A program made the position numbers and the translations under genes. Under the pieces are notes generated by a model that saw only the letters and a program-made list of their open reading frames with translations, did no database searches and was not told the origin of the DNA. Positions 11,242 through 23,589 of a stretch of DNA of 37,970 bases are shown one piece after another (position 1 is the stretch's first letter; the number at the start of each line of letters is the position of its first letter). The stretch comes from Jimgerdemannia flammicorona (Eukaryota): contig RBNJ01000172.1 in NCBI GenBank assembly GCA_003990765.1, positions 1 through 37,970 on the forward strand. The letters are read 5' to 3'.

Positions 11242-12790
11242 TTAGGAAATAAGCACCATCCACGCAATGATGAAGTAGAACAAGAAGAGCGGGTAAACCT
11301 GTGGCGACATGAGACGAAGAGATTCGAGTAGATAAGCACAATGTGTAGCAACACGAAGTAGGCGATACCATATACGGGATACTCACGGCTAACGCGCGGC
11401 GGTTGCTAAGATGTACCTCGGCCAGGAAGCCCACGGAGGCTGTTTGATAAACAAACAACGGTGTAAGATATGTATATCACAAATGAACGAAATGCAACGA
11501 TGGCTCCCTACTTCCCAATCCCCATCTCTTAGCGGTCACATGTGAGACCAAGCCAAACACGCACCGTACGACGCCCACCCGAATGCCGCGATCTCGAGCG
11601 GCAACCTGATGAAGAGGGACGAAGTGACCAGGTTGACGATGGCGGCGACGACGAGCGGGAAGAGGCAGTAGCCGAGAACGCAGACACACTGGAAGAAGGA
11701 GCTGCGCGAGGGTCGCGAGTGCAAGAAGGTTTTGATCAGGGCGTGCCAGTAGGAAGAGAACAACATTGGGGCCAAGTAAACGCGCTCCGAACGTGACCGT
11801 CTTAGAGATCTCACATGGTCCCGCCCAGCAGTTTGGCGTTCAGCGTCACGACGGCTGATCCTACCCACACGATGACGAACACGCTCGTGAAGACCAGGAT
11901 TGTCTGCTTCTGGCCTTCCGAGTCCGAGTTCTTGCTGGCCTCAAAGCTCAGCACGCTGGTGGGAGCAAAAACACGTCAGACTTTAGCAATGCCAATCGTA
12001 TTGCAAGTAGGGATGAAAGGTGAGACATACATGGCGAGGGAAAGGCAGAGAAAGAGCGGGCCCCAAAGATCCCCTATATATATAGTAAGCCATCGATAAT
12101 TTTGTTGAGATTAGATGCCACGAATCGAGATCAAAAGGCGTATTGGGCATGAAGATAGTGCGGAAGGATTTATCCCGCAAACTGGCGGATGGGACCAGTA
12201 GAAAGCAGACGTCAGATGGAGAGAGACGGAGAGCCACAGGTGCATACGTACAGTCCTTGAGGACGTCTTTACGGCCGTTGGGTATCATGACTTGTTGGAG
12301 CTTCTCGGCCACGTTGCGAAGGTCACGCATCTATTTCGGTGGCAGGTGGTTGGGCAACGCGCGATGAGAATGCGGGGAATAAATAGTAATAATAAAATTC
12401 CTCATTTTCCAAGCCCTATACAACAGAAAGCTAACATGCCTCTCGCTCAGACCCTTCGATTTCTCAAATCCCAACCTTTCAAAAACTCACAATCGTGACC
12501 GACACCGGTTCATCGAGCGTATCTTCGTTATACGCTCTCGTCGCGCCCGTTCCGAGTCCGGCTCCATTCCCGTTCACGGGGTTCGTACTTGTGCTGCTCC
12601 CAATGTTGCCGCTCAAGGACACCGAGGGCTTGGGGGACGCCGGCTGCTTGGCCTTCGGAGCGGCACTAGAGGCGACGGACGATGGTAGTATATCGTCGTC
12701 GGCCTCAATAGAGGCGCTGGCGCTGAAGAGGGGTTCGGTCACTGAGGAGGCGGCGGGGTTCGCAAAGGGGTTGTCATATTGGGCGGACAT
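11242..12790 (-). CDS. YIP4: Yip1-domain Golgi membrane protein (YIPF6/Yip4-like), multi-exon
   Basis: Spliced product contains DTLDEPVSVTI-MRDL, WDLWGPL, NAKLLGG, SFFQCVCVLGYCLFPL, RRALAVYPLFLFYFIIAWMVLIS*, with GT-AG introns between the segments. Confidence 0.9.
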
Positions 12791-14145
12791 GGTGCTGAGA
12801 AAGGTTGCGAGGAAAGTGAGGAAAGTCAAGGCGTCGGCGAGAAATGGCAGGCGAGACTGTGGTCACCAGTCGCAATAAATTTGGAAGGCTTGGCAAAAAA
12901 AAAAAGGGAGCAGTTACTATCCTAGAGCAATTACGATTAAACATGGTTATGGTACCTTCAGATTCTTTTATCGGCTCAAACCTGTATAGGAAAAGGAATT
13001 CCGATTGCAGAAATTATATATATTTTTTATTTTATTTTTTATTTTTATTTTTTGGCACACTAGAAAGTATAACTGTTTCATGGTTCAGACGGATGCACGT
13101 GACATCGATGAGTACCTAGTTGCTGCGCATCGTTCGACTGCGTCCTGTGCATATCTCAAGCTGACCGCCATTATAACTCTTGACCGTTCCGCCGCCGAGT
13201 TCCCGCCTGTGTTTTCCCTCCCTCTCCATTTTCAAGTTTGCGACACCCCTTCGTCAACCGACGAGCCATGATATCGGGTTTTCTTCGGCCCTTTGAGGAA
13301 TTATTCTTCGAGAAAATGACCAACTTTCTCTCCCTTTGCGCCCCTGCCTCAGATTTAGATATAAACGCTAGTATGTACTTCCTTCAGTAGGATCCAAGAT
13401 AGCGGATTTCTCCGAGGCCGCCTTGGAGGCACTTTTGCCAACTGACGAGTCATAAAAGGGGTAAGGACAGACGGTGTGTTCTTTCAGTTACAATCAACTA
13501 TAACCCCATATTGGTCCATGGTTTTGAAAGAAGTCGCTAGGGATGCCGACAAAGACGAATGCTACCTTTACGGGACTCGTGCTCCTCTCCTTGTGGGACT
13601 GCATTTAATTATGTACAGATTATGGGTAGAGTGACGGTTGGTATTGTTTAACCCGTTCGCTCGTGCATGATGTTTTGTGGTTTATTATACATTGTTTTTG
13701 CCAGATTTACCGCAAAGAAGGAATGTCGAGAGGCTTCTTTGAAATGGAATGTAGGGATGGATGGCTTCTTGTTGGCTTCTCTCCAGCTGGCGATGTCGCG
13801 AGAAGGTGAGCATTTCGTCATGTGACTCTGGCAGATCGATCGGAGGAAGTTTTATTAGGCAAGAAAAAAAAGAGCACTTGCAGGGTGTGGCTGGTTGGCT
13901 CTCTCAAATTCATCAAAAAAACCCCGACGGCAACATCGTATCATTACTTCACATCGCTTCATCGTCCTTTCCTCTGCACTTTATCCATCCCACGAACGTC
14001 TTGACAAAATTAAAAAAATTGAATCTTGTTCCCCCTTCATACCAGAACATCGAACAACTCACCATTCGCACCCTCCTCTTCCACCACAACTCCAGCCCGA
14101 AACCTACACACTCCCCCTACGACCCTGGACAACCCGTGATCCCTC

Positions 14146-14733
14146 ATGGCTGCCACCGAATCCAACGCCAACCACCTTGACAATTCTAAGAAGCGCCGCC
14201 GCGAGATCGCCATGGCCACCCCACCCCCAACCCCGGCTAAGATCCCTGACGACGATCCCTCGGCCCTGGACCTGAAACGTCCCAAGACCACCACCGATCC
14301 GGAGATCCGTTCTTCCAGCAACAACACCTACCCCGCTGGTGATCTCGCCGCCGGCGCAACCTCCTCGCTTGACGAGCATGGCATCCTGGAGCACCTGACC
14401 TCCCTCCTGGACGAGATCGTCTCGATTCCGTACTCGAGCACGATCCCAGCGCGCTTGCTGACGGACCTACGTCTGGCCATGGTGGGGATTGAGGCACTGT
14501 GCGCCGACGGGCGCAACGTGCAGGCGCGCCAGATTAAGGCTGCCGCGGACAACGCCCTCGCGCGCTGGCTCGAGGATCTCGTCACGCGCTGCGGCGAGGA
14601 GGAGAGGGCCGAGCGCGAGAGGAATGGACTGCCACCGCTTGAGGGCGAATCCGGCGAGGGTGAGGAGGAACTTGTCGACGTGGAGGGCTTGGATGATGAG
14701 GAGAATGAGGTGATGGTCACTGTTGTCGCGTGA
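14146..14733 (+). CDS. Intronless hypothetical protein (195 aa) with NLS-like KKRRR/KRPK, TPPPTP motif, helical core and acidic tail
   Basis: Strong GC3 codon bias matching neighbouring genes; pyrimidine-rich leader; followed by a 19-nt A tract at 14801-14819. Confidence 0.75.
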   Translation: MAATESNANHLDNSKKRRREIAMATPPPTPAKIPDDDPSALDLKRPKTTTDPEIRSSSNNTYPAGDLAAGATSSLDEHGILEHLTSLLDEIVSIPYSSTIPARLLTDLRLAMVGIEALCADGRNVQARQIKAAADNALARWLEDLVTRCGEEERAERERNGLPPLEGESGEGEEELVDVEGLDDEENEVMVTVVA

Positions 14734-15620
14734 ATGAAATAGGAGATTGTAGAAGAGGAAGAGAAGAGCAGGTGATTTGGTAAGACTGTTTTGTGATTGT
14801 AAAAAAAAAAAAAAAAAAAGTGTCGGGCGCGATGCTGCCGTGTTAGTCATAGAGAGTCCGCCTGGCGCGATGGCTGGTTAGAAAATTCTTGATGCCGTAA
14901 TCCGCGGTTTGGTCTTTTGTTTTCTTGCTTATTTACTCGTTTGTTTCTTTTCTTTCATGTTGCCTCGCATGCTTTCTTTTTCCTTCCTCCCTTTAACTTT
15001 CCACGAAGATTTGTTCCCCCCTTCCTTTAATCAGTGATTTTGTTTCGCCTTCCACATTCTACCATCGCGTAGCTGCGTCCCTCCTCGTTCTACGCATGTC
15101 ATCATCTATCGTCATCTTTGTTCGTGTTATCATGATGGTGATCTTGCCGGCACACATTTGTTCCTCCCGACTTGTGCATATCTCCCTTCCAATGCTTTTT
15201 GTAAATACTTATTCCTTTTTTGCTTTTATTTTTAAAACGATCACTATTTTTGTTGTTTCCGTCTATGTTCGTCTCACGAAGTGCGAATATACGCGATCCT
15301 CTGTCTAACGCTGTACGAGACGTGTTCGCTGAGTTTTGGGAGTCGTGTAATGGTCGTTGTTTCGTGATTCCTATACAAGCGAATCGCTCCAGGTCAGTCA
15401 TTTGACGTTCAGCCAAGTAATCATGAACGGGATGTTAGTCCAGTTTTCACTAGTCACACCGTCCAAGCACGTATATCTCAACCAACAACCAAGGTCCATC
15501 GACGGAGCCTGGACATTGTAGCTTTTTGTTTTGAAGCATGTCATCCACTCCCTACACTTACCGCACACTCGAACCTTCATGATTCCGACGCCACCACCAT
15601 CCCCCTCCCCCAAAACCCAC

Positions 15621-17681
15621 CTATTCCGCATTCTTCTCCATCACCCACACCTTATCCCCTTTCACCACCTTCACGGGCATCACCCTCTCCACGATCTCGC
15701 TCCACCCCAATGCCCCTTTCAATACGCTCGCAACGTCCGCTACCCAGGCCCGGGGCCGCTTGACCCGCAAGCCGTCGTACCCGGTTATGACATCCAGGAC
15801 GGCATAGCTGGCCTCGTGGAGGGCCGGCGTGGAAGTCAGAAGGTGGGTGTAGTTGGCCGCGGTGTAGGAATCAGGAGTCGTGTGAGTTTCGGTCTTGAAG
15901 TAGCTGGTGATGAAGTTGGTTGGTTGGATTGCGATGGGATTGGGTTGTGATGCGATGCGTGCGTTACGTCGATGACGGTCTAAAAGACGTAACTACCAAC
16001 AACAATAAAAACGAGGTAACGTACCTCCACCTGCCCTTCACTTCCCCGAACCGGCTTGCCCCCGTCATGGCGGTGTATACGTCCATGTGCACACGTATGT
16101 CTTCGGTCTCCCACCGCAGCTCGTGCAGCCTCCGCAGCGCGTGGCCGCCCGGGTAGTTATACGACGATACCCACGCCATTACGGTTGATGCCGCGAAGCT
16201 CGCGAGCAGCCCAAGCCCGACGAGGGCCAGAAGAATGCGGTAGGCCGGCGATTTGAGGGAGCGGATGTAGCTGGAGAAGAAGCAAGGGAGGGAAGGGAGA
16301 GGGGAATTAAGTTCGAATACCCATTACGCGCATCCATCTCAGAGCCGTTCACTCACATCTTGGACAGGCCCACGCTCGCGGCAACGTTGAACACGGGCAC
16401 GATGTACACGACAAAGCGCCACTCCTTGTGACCTAGCAGGGAGAAGAAGACGACGTAGACAGTAGCTGGAATGACATGACGGCGCGGGCGCGGGTCAACG
16501 GCACAGGCATACACGGCGAGAGGGAGGGAGATGAGCAGGAGGCGCGGCAGAAATGTGGTGAAGTACGCGTAGAAGGGTAGGACCTGAGTGGTGTGTAGGG
16601 CAACAACGTAAATAAGTTACATAATGACTGGCTATCAAACGCCTGGACCCGAATTGCCCATAGGGAAAGCCGACTACTTACCCCCCATTCGACCGACCTC
16701 CCCTCGACACCGTTGAACCAGAACACGGCAGCCTCGGGCCACACGGGCCACTCTCCCCAAAAATAACTATCGATGACGACGGTAAGGGGAAGCGCGGCGG
16801 CCATGGTGGCGAGCACGTCCAAGACGACCTCGGCGAGGGTGATGCGGTGAAACCAGAGCCACTCGAGGGCGAGAACGGGGACCAGCAGGATGCCAACCTC
16901 GAAGCGGAATATGACGGCCGTGAAGATCATGTAGCGGACAGCGATGCGAAGCTGGTTCGAGCTGCGCGTCAACGGGAGAATGATGTGGAACGAGAAGGCG
17001 ATGGTCGCTGGTGGGTTTGGGTCGGTTGATGGTGAGTGGTGGGATGTAGAAATTGTGTCAAGATGTGAATTGAAGTTGAAATGCATACCCAACGGGAAAG
17101 CGAACATATTGGGCAGTGTCCTGCTCGTCCAGAAAATGGTGTGGAACTGGGAGCATGTGAGGAAGACGAAGGCGACGGAGGCAGGGTGGCCGAAGACGGT
17201 CTTGACAGCGCGACGGACATGGAAGAGGGAGAAGGCCGTCAGGAGGCCGAGGAAGATGCGGGCTAGAGGGTAAAGGCAGTCGTTACACGTGACGTCGGGC
17301 ATCGACAACCGTAAGCATTATCCAATTGAAAGTGAAGGGGCTCATATACAATCACTCACCGACATACTGCCCTAGAAACTTACTCCTCCAAAGGCTTCCA
17401 TCCTCGGGACCGTGCCCCATGACAGTTCCAAGAAACTGTACCGTCTTCAAGACCGGCCAGCTCTGGAAGCTTAGCCACAGTGCGCCTAAGAAAGTGCGGG
17501 GGACCACACCGGGAAACTCGCGGTGGTCAAAGTGCGGCAGTTCGGATGACCCGACGCCATGGTTGATTATGTCGTGTGTGGCTTGCAAGTTGAAGCTCTC
17601 CTCGACCTTTGTGTACGGACACAGCAGGACGTGGGAAATAATGAGGGCGGGGATGAGAAAGTCGAGGGGGGTTGGGGGCAT
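15621..17681 (-). CDS. ALG12: Dol-P-Man-dependent alpha-1,6-mannosyltransferase (GT22), multi-exon
   Basis: PYTKVEESFNLQATHD, FDHREFPGVVPRTF, SRTLPNMFA, IDSYFW, WPE, HKEWRF, NYPGG and GASRF motifs. Last exon ends ...VMEKNAE* at 15621. Confidence 0.95.
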
Positions 17682-17852
17682 GTTGGGGGGTTTGTGGCTG
17701 CCGCGCGGAACGTGTGAGTGTGACGGCGATGCGGTTGATGCCCAATAAGGAGATGAAGAAGATGGGCGTCGGAAAATTTGACACATCCAGCCAGAACCCT
17801 TATAAAAGCCACCCCCCCTGTATTGCTCCTCTGAACAACACACACACACACA
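17682..17852. promoter_or_regulatory. Compact bidirectional promoter between ALG12 and the NADH dehydrogenase
   Basis: Divergent ATGs are 171 bp apart. TATAAAA at 17801-17807; short CA repeat just before the + strand ATG. Confidence 0.65.
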
Positions 17853-20142
17853 ATGCAGGCTACCCACTTCATCAGAAGTGCGTAATTTAAAAAAATAATA
17901 CTACCTTTGCATCCTCGCCCTTTCTGTTGTCCTCGAGATTGACTTCTTTTGGACTATTGCTTTTCAGACACCGCCCTCCGGGTCGCCGCCCGTCCCCTCA
18001 CCCTCGCCACCCGCCAGCCCGCCATCAATTTCGTCTCCCATCGCTTCGAGTCCACCATTGTTCAGCCGGCCGCAAAACCGTGGAGGAGCGGGTGGCGCAT
18101 CCTCAGGAGGACCGCGTACGTCGGCACAGCTGCGTGGTTCGTGTACGGTGGATATAGTACGTATTACGATTTACGTCGATCGGACATTAATTCTTGAACG
18201 AGAACCATGGAGGGTTTGAGCAGAATGTTACCTAATTTGTTAAACCTCGGAGCGGCTTGCAAAATCTTGATCTAATCACATCCTCTACGTTCAATCTCTC
18301 GGTCTAGACATCTACACTGCCCGGCATCCTCTCGCGCAAGCCGCATTCGATCCCGAGAAGAAGACCATTGTGATCCTGGGTAGCGGGTGGGCCTCGACTG
18401 CCTTCCTCAAGGACATAGATACGGTAAACTACAATGTGGTATGTATACGCGGATCTCATTTTCGGTGTCAGCACAAAGATTATGCTCAATCTAGAGCGAA
18501 ATCCCGTCGCACCTTTTGCTTCACACTCACCTTCCCAATCCCATCTCAGGTCATCGTCTCCCCTCGCAACTATTTCCTCTTCACCCCCCTACTTCCCAGC
18601 ACGACTGTCGGCACGGTTGACTTCCGCTCTATTATCGAGCCCATCCGGTATATTACCCGCCACAAATCACGTGAGGTTAAGGTATATGAGGCCGAATGCA
18701 GCGATATCGATCCCGTGAAGAAGACGATCGTGATCAATGGTGAGTGGGAGTGATGGAAATTATGTGGTGACATCATTGATTCGGCGAGACACATGACCAA
18801 TCCATCAATTTATCAATAATCCGTCACTAGACAACAGCGAGATCAAGGGTTCCGTGGCGCAACAATCTCTCCCGTACGATTACCTAATTATCGGTACCGG
18901 CTGCCAGAACGCAACCTTTGGCATCAAGGGCGTCGAAGAGTATGCCTGCTTCCTCAAAGAGGTGTGGGACGCACAGAAGATTCGCACCCGCCTCATGGAC
19001 TGCATCGAGACCGCCGCGTTCGCGGGCCAACCCGAGGAGGAGATCGAGCGCCTGTTGCACATGGTTGTTGTCGGCGGCGGGCCTACGGGTGTCGAGTATG
19101 CGGCCGAGTTGCATGACTTCTTGAAGGATGATTTGGTCGATTGGTATCCTGGTGAGTTGGGGAGGCTAATGTGGTGGAGTCTCGCGGGCGTTGAAATATG
19201 ATATCGCACTGTTGTCTGCCATCTTCGCTATCTGATCGCATCCTCTTCCTCCAACGTTTACCAGATATCGCCGGCAAGGTCAACATCACACTAGTCGAGG
19301 CTCTCCAGACTGTCCTCCCAGTCTTTTCGAAGCAGCTGATCGAATACACAGAGACGACCTTCAAGGAACAGAACATCAAGATCTTGACCAAGACAATGGT
19401 CAAGGAGGTCCGACAGAAGGAGATCCTCGTCAAGGACGCGGACGGCTCCGAACGCACCATTCCCTATGGCCTTCTTGTCTGGGCTACCGGTAACACCACC
19501 CGCCCCTTCATCCGCTCCCTCATGGAAAAGCTCCCCGAGTCCCAAACCGTCCGTCGTGGACTTGCCGTCGACGAGCTGCTTCGTCTCCAGGGCGCCGAGG
19601 ACATTTGGGCTCTCGGTGACGTCACTGCAACAAAATACGCGCCCACCGCCCAGGTCGCATCGCAGCAGGGCAAGTACCTCGCCCGCATGTTCAACCTAAT
19701 GGCGATCAAGGACAAGCTCGAGGCGCAGGTCGTCGCCATGTCAGAAGGGCCGGAGAAGGACAAGCAAATTAGGAAGATTAATAGACTAAAGGACATCAAG
19801 CCGTTCCATTACTCTCATCAAGGATCGTTGGCGTACATCGGGTCGGAGAAAGCCATCGCGGATCTGCCGCTATTCCATGGGAATATCTCGGCAGGTGGTG
19901 TCGGTATGTGTCGTGTTTTTTTTTTTTTTTTTTTTTTTTGGTGTGCGCGTCTCGCTCGTGTTTGTGATGGTTTGTCTGCATATAACACCCTTCTCTAAAC
20001 ATCCGCGCCAAACCCAACAGCCACCTACGTCTTCTGGCGCTCCGCCTATCTCTCCAACTTGTTCTCCATCCGCAACCGCACCCTGGTCGCCATGGACTGG
20101 ATCAAAAAGAACGTCTTCGGCCGCGACATCAGCCGAGAGTAG
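17853..20142 (+). CDS. NDE1: Type II (alternative, probably external) mitochondrial NADH:ubiquinone oxidoreductase, multi-exon
   Basis: [18 protein letters not shown] targeting peptide; [62 protein letters not shown]-terminal FWRSAYLS...FGRDISRE*. External vs internal orientation cannot be determined from the sequence. Confidence 0.92.
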
Positions 20143-20565
20143 AGTCGGGACAGCAAAGGCGTTCGGCCCGGGCGTGGAGGGAAGGAAGGGTACTAGGGAC
20201 AATTTGAATGCATATTTTATGCTACCACCGTTTGGTCGCGATGTGTAGATAAGATCGGTGATCAATGGTTGGAGGGTCTGACGTGGTGTGATACGTGGTG
20301 TGATGTGGGTGCGTCGAATCGCTTCGTTTCCTTGAGTCATTACCTTTCCTCCCGATACACTGTACCTCGATGTCTCGATTACTTATCGTCGGTTTCGTTT
20401 CTTTGCGGATATAATATCTATAGAGTCGACAACAATTTTATACACAAGGACACACATACACGCATCGCAACCATGACAAGATATACGTTCGATCGTAATA
20501 AAATTATGAATGGCTGATAATTTATCCGATGGACAATGACTTGCATACACAAAACTGCCTGATTT

Positions 20566-20566
<1 letters not shown>

Positions 20567-20596
<30 letters not shown>
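20567..20596 (+). repeat. 30-nt poly(A) tract
   Basis: Directly visible homopolymer downstream of the NADH dehydrogenase gene. Confidence 0.9.
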
Positions 20597-20599
<3 letters not shown>

Positions 20600-21329
20600 G
20601 GTATATTAAATCTTCGGGGAGCAAGAGCTAGCCCTAAAGAATCTATGTCGCGTACTTACTAAAGGGAATAGGAAAACAACATGTTAGTGAAGACTGACGC
20701 GAGTGGACCCCAAGACGTAGCCAAGGACTCGTCTGTATATGCGCAAGAGAATCGTACATTGCTCTCGGGCGGCACTTCCGCTAGCATTCGAATGACGGAA
20801 CCTGCGTCTCGGATTTATTTGTCGGGGAGATTGCCTGTTGATTGCAAATATTTCGTAGGCCGTTATTGCGATCCTAACACAGAAAACAAGGCCATTCGAG
20901 GTTGTCCCCGATTCGCCATTTTGTAATCCTTATCTTCCTTTAAGGCAGGAATTCTTTGAAACTTACCAAACTGGCGGCATACACTGCAAAAAACAAATAT
21001 TACCGCAGTCCCTATTTATTATTATGAGACAGCAATTAATGGCACGTCACGATCAGGAGGTTCTAAAGTTGAAATTGACAAGACACCACAGGGAACAGAA
21101 TGACGGTTATGAGGGAGCGACAATATGAGCGAGTCATAGTTATTGAGAATGATGTATTTAATGATTATTGAAGCTGTGGGTCCAGATAGAATACGAGTGA
21201 TTGTGTCCATTTATTATAACTTCGCACCAATGTGTCATTCCTCTCAGCCTGGTGGCATTTGTAGTGATTCCATTGGCATTGTTTACATACAATACTGAAA
21301 AGTAACAAAGGTAACCCGTTTGCTAGAAA

Positions 21330-21925
21330 CTACGCCGCGCCTGTTAGCGCCTGCAACGCAGCGCTATCATCAATTGCGCCATCGGGAACGCTACCCTGGC
21401 TCTCGGTCAGCGCACCGTCAACAACGTATGTGTAGTGTCCGGATTTGCGTCTCTCAGTGGTCTCGTACGCGATTACCAGTTTGCATCCTGCATGGATTGC
21501 AAAAAACGAGGGAAACGGTTAGAGGTAAAGGCAGGTGTCTCGAAAAGCGAGATATTATGGTTTATTAGATGTACTTGGGCAATGAAGACGATATTGTTTT
21601 TCGAATCCGTTGGGTCTGTTGAAAGAGGTTGTATAAGCCTGTGTGCTCGATAATCGTTGAGCTTTTACAATTACATCAAATTAACTCACCGCTGCAAGAT
21701 GGTGGCAGTACCCTGCTCCGCCGTGAGCTTGTAAGTCCGCTTCGTGTTGTCGACGATGAAGGCGCGGTCGGTCTGGCGACGAGGAAGCCGCTCGAGCGCC
21801 ATGTCGATTACGAGGATGAACTCAGAGCAGAGGCAGTAGTAGACGAGCAGTGGGTGCTGGCCAGACGAAGTTTCGTTCGTCTGATCTGACGAAGAGACGA
21901 TGCAGTGCGAGACGATCTTGGGCAT
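21330..21925 (-). CDS. STEEP1: STEEP1/CXorf56 (UPF0428) homolog, 3 exons
   Basis: Spliced: MPKIVSHCIVSS...LLVYYCLCSEFILVIDMALERLPRRQTDRAFIVD...LQRPNGFEKQYRLHCPRCKLVIAYE...TYVVDGAL. This matches the remembered CXorf56 pattern MPKVVS/YYCLC/LP.R..D/G.E.QYR..C..C/VDGA. Confidence 0.9.
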
Positions 21926-21976
21926 TGTGTAGTGTGTAGCGTGTAGTGTGTAGTGGTTCCCAGTTGGATGACGTCA
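21926..21976. promoter_or_regulatory. (TGTGTAG)x4 tandem repeat abutting the STEEP1 ATG, plus TGACGTCA palindrome
   Basis: tgtgtag tgtgtag cgtgtag tgtgtag at 21926-21953; TGACGTCA at 21969-21976. Confidence 0.5.
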
Positions 21977-22284
21977 ACTTACCACCCTACAAAAAGAGGC
22001 ATCAGTCACAGTTCGCTTCGCCACCCGAGACATGAACTTCAATAGTTTCAAACTTCCGCCAACAAACACCCAACAGAACCGAACGCCGTGCCATTCTCCA
22101 AACAACAACAAACAATGGAACATATCAGATGCTCCGCCTACCATTATTGGCAGCAACAAGAAACGCCCCCTCCCCTCCTCCGTATGTACTCAAGTGGTCC
22201 AAACGGAGAGTCAACATGCCCAAGTATGAAAGCCTCTGATTGTATGTCCAAATGTAGCCGGAAGATAGTTCACCCTCAACGAGA

Positions 22285-23557
22285 ATGTCGGAATTTCGGT
22301 TTGTTCTGCCTCCGAACGCCTCTCAACCTCAATCACAAACGACTTTCCTGCAGGTTCGTGCACATTACTGGTCTGTCGTGATTGCAAGTCATGCTTTAAA
22401 TGTTTCTAATTGTGACGATTATTCGTTGACTGGATTGATAAACCAAAAGGAAGATATTCAAGACGAGGGCGGGAAAGTGGAACTCGACGGGGACGACAGA
22501 TTGTCGGCCTCATCCTTTTGGCAGGTGAGAATGAGGCGGAGTTTTGTTCATCGACTACAACGTTTCTTTTTTTTTTTTTTAAGATAACATATGAAGCTTT
22601 CTCGCCATTCTTCCCAGCCAACAACACCGACTCCTACTTCAAACAAACTTTTACTGCAACCGTTCATCTCCCACCCCTGTACCAAAGCCACACCCGAAAC
22701 TCCAACAGCGCCTACAACCAGTCTCTCCGTCGCGCCCTCTTACTCATCTCTCGACACACCAAGCTTCCTTTCCCCGGCTCAATTCATTCTCCCTTCCACC
22801 CAACCCCAGTCTCCGGACATCGTGGTTGCGAGCCTATCGCAATGGGCCTGCAGCATCAAACTCCCGTCACCATCACCTACTTCCTGGACTACCGCGACTT
22901 GTGTTAAGGAAGGCGCGAGCAATGAGGATCGAAATGCCTACAAGGCGGGTGGTGGGAAGGGGGCACTGTACGTGAAGTGAGTAAAATTGACTGGTATGAT
23001 TACGACATGCATTCCTCCATCTAATATCAATATCGTTGTTCACTTGGCGATCGTGGCAGAGGCGGCTACGCAGAACGCTTAACATCCTTGCTCGGGAGGG
23101 AAAGATCGGATCATACTGTATGGGCACATGGAGTCCGCCGACAGAGTGAGCCCTAAATCTACTTTCGATTATTGTCGTCCATGCAGTTTGCGCTATATAT
23201 GTGTGCTGACGTTGCTTTGTCTTTTCTGCCTGTTCAGCAAAAAGCCAACTGTCGTCCACTCCAACATCTTCATTCATTGTCTACAAAATCCTCTCGAAGC
23301 ACATCGATCACGGCACGATCTACACGCATTGTATCTCATCGGAACATGATGGAACCGACCACCATCGCACCATCATATTCTCGTCCATATACTCCACTCA
23401 TGACGAGGCGGAGGTAGACAAGATTTTGATGGGGAAGCTGGTACGGATTTGGAGGCCGTGGGTGGAGTTTAAAGGCGCGGAAGAGGGAGGCGAAGGGAGG
23501 ATTATGGTTGTGACAAGGTTTCGTGTAGTGGAAGGAGAGGAGGTGGAGCTAGGGTGA
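22285..23557 (+). CDS. Five-exon ~300-aa protein with Ser/Pro/Thr-rich linker and SPIDR DUF4502-like C-terminal domain
   Basis: GT-AG splicing gives a continuous frame: MSEFRF...FLQ|EDIQ...SFWQ|PTTP...ALYVK|GGYAERLTSLLGRERSDHTVWAHGVRRQ|TKSQ...VYKILSKH...IYTHC...IIFS...LVRIWRPWVEF...IMVVTRF...ELG*. Confidence 0.75.
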
Positions 23558-23589
23558 ATGATGTGGGGATATACTGATAGCAACGTTGG

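Noticed and set aside
13269..13460. Short ORF with a possible GT donor upstream of the hypothetical gene
   Set aside because: No consistent spliced frame or recognisable product could be built.
20567..20596. Poly(A) as the tail of a retrocopy or SINE
   Set aside because: No TSD or element body was recognised, and similar homopolymers occur in introns and UTRs here (14801, 19916, 22567).
20681..21210. Small ORFs between the NADH dehydrogenase and STEEP1
   Set aside because: Short, with no motifs and no coding bias; most likely intergenic or UTR.
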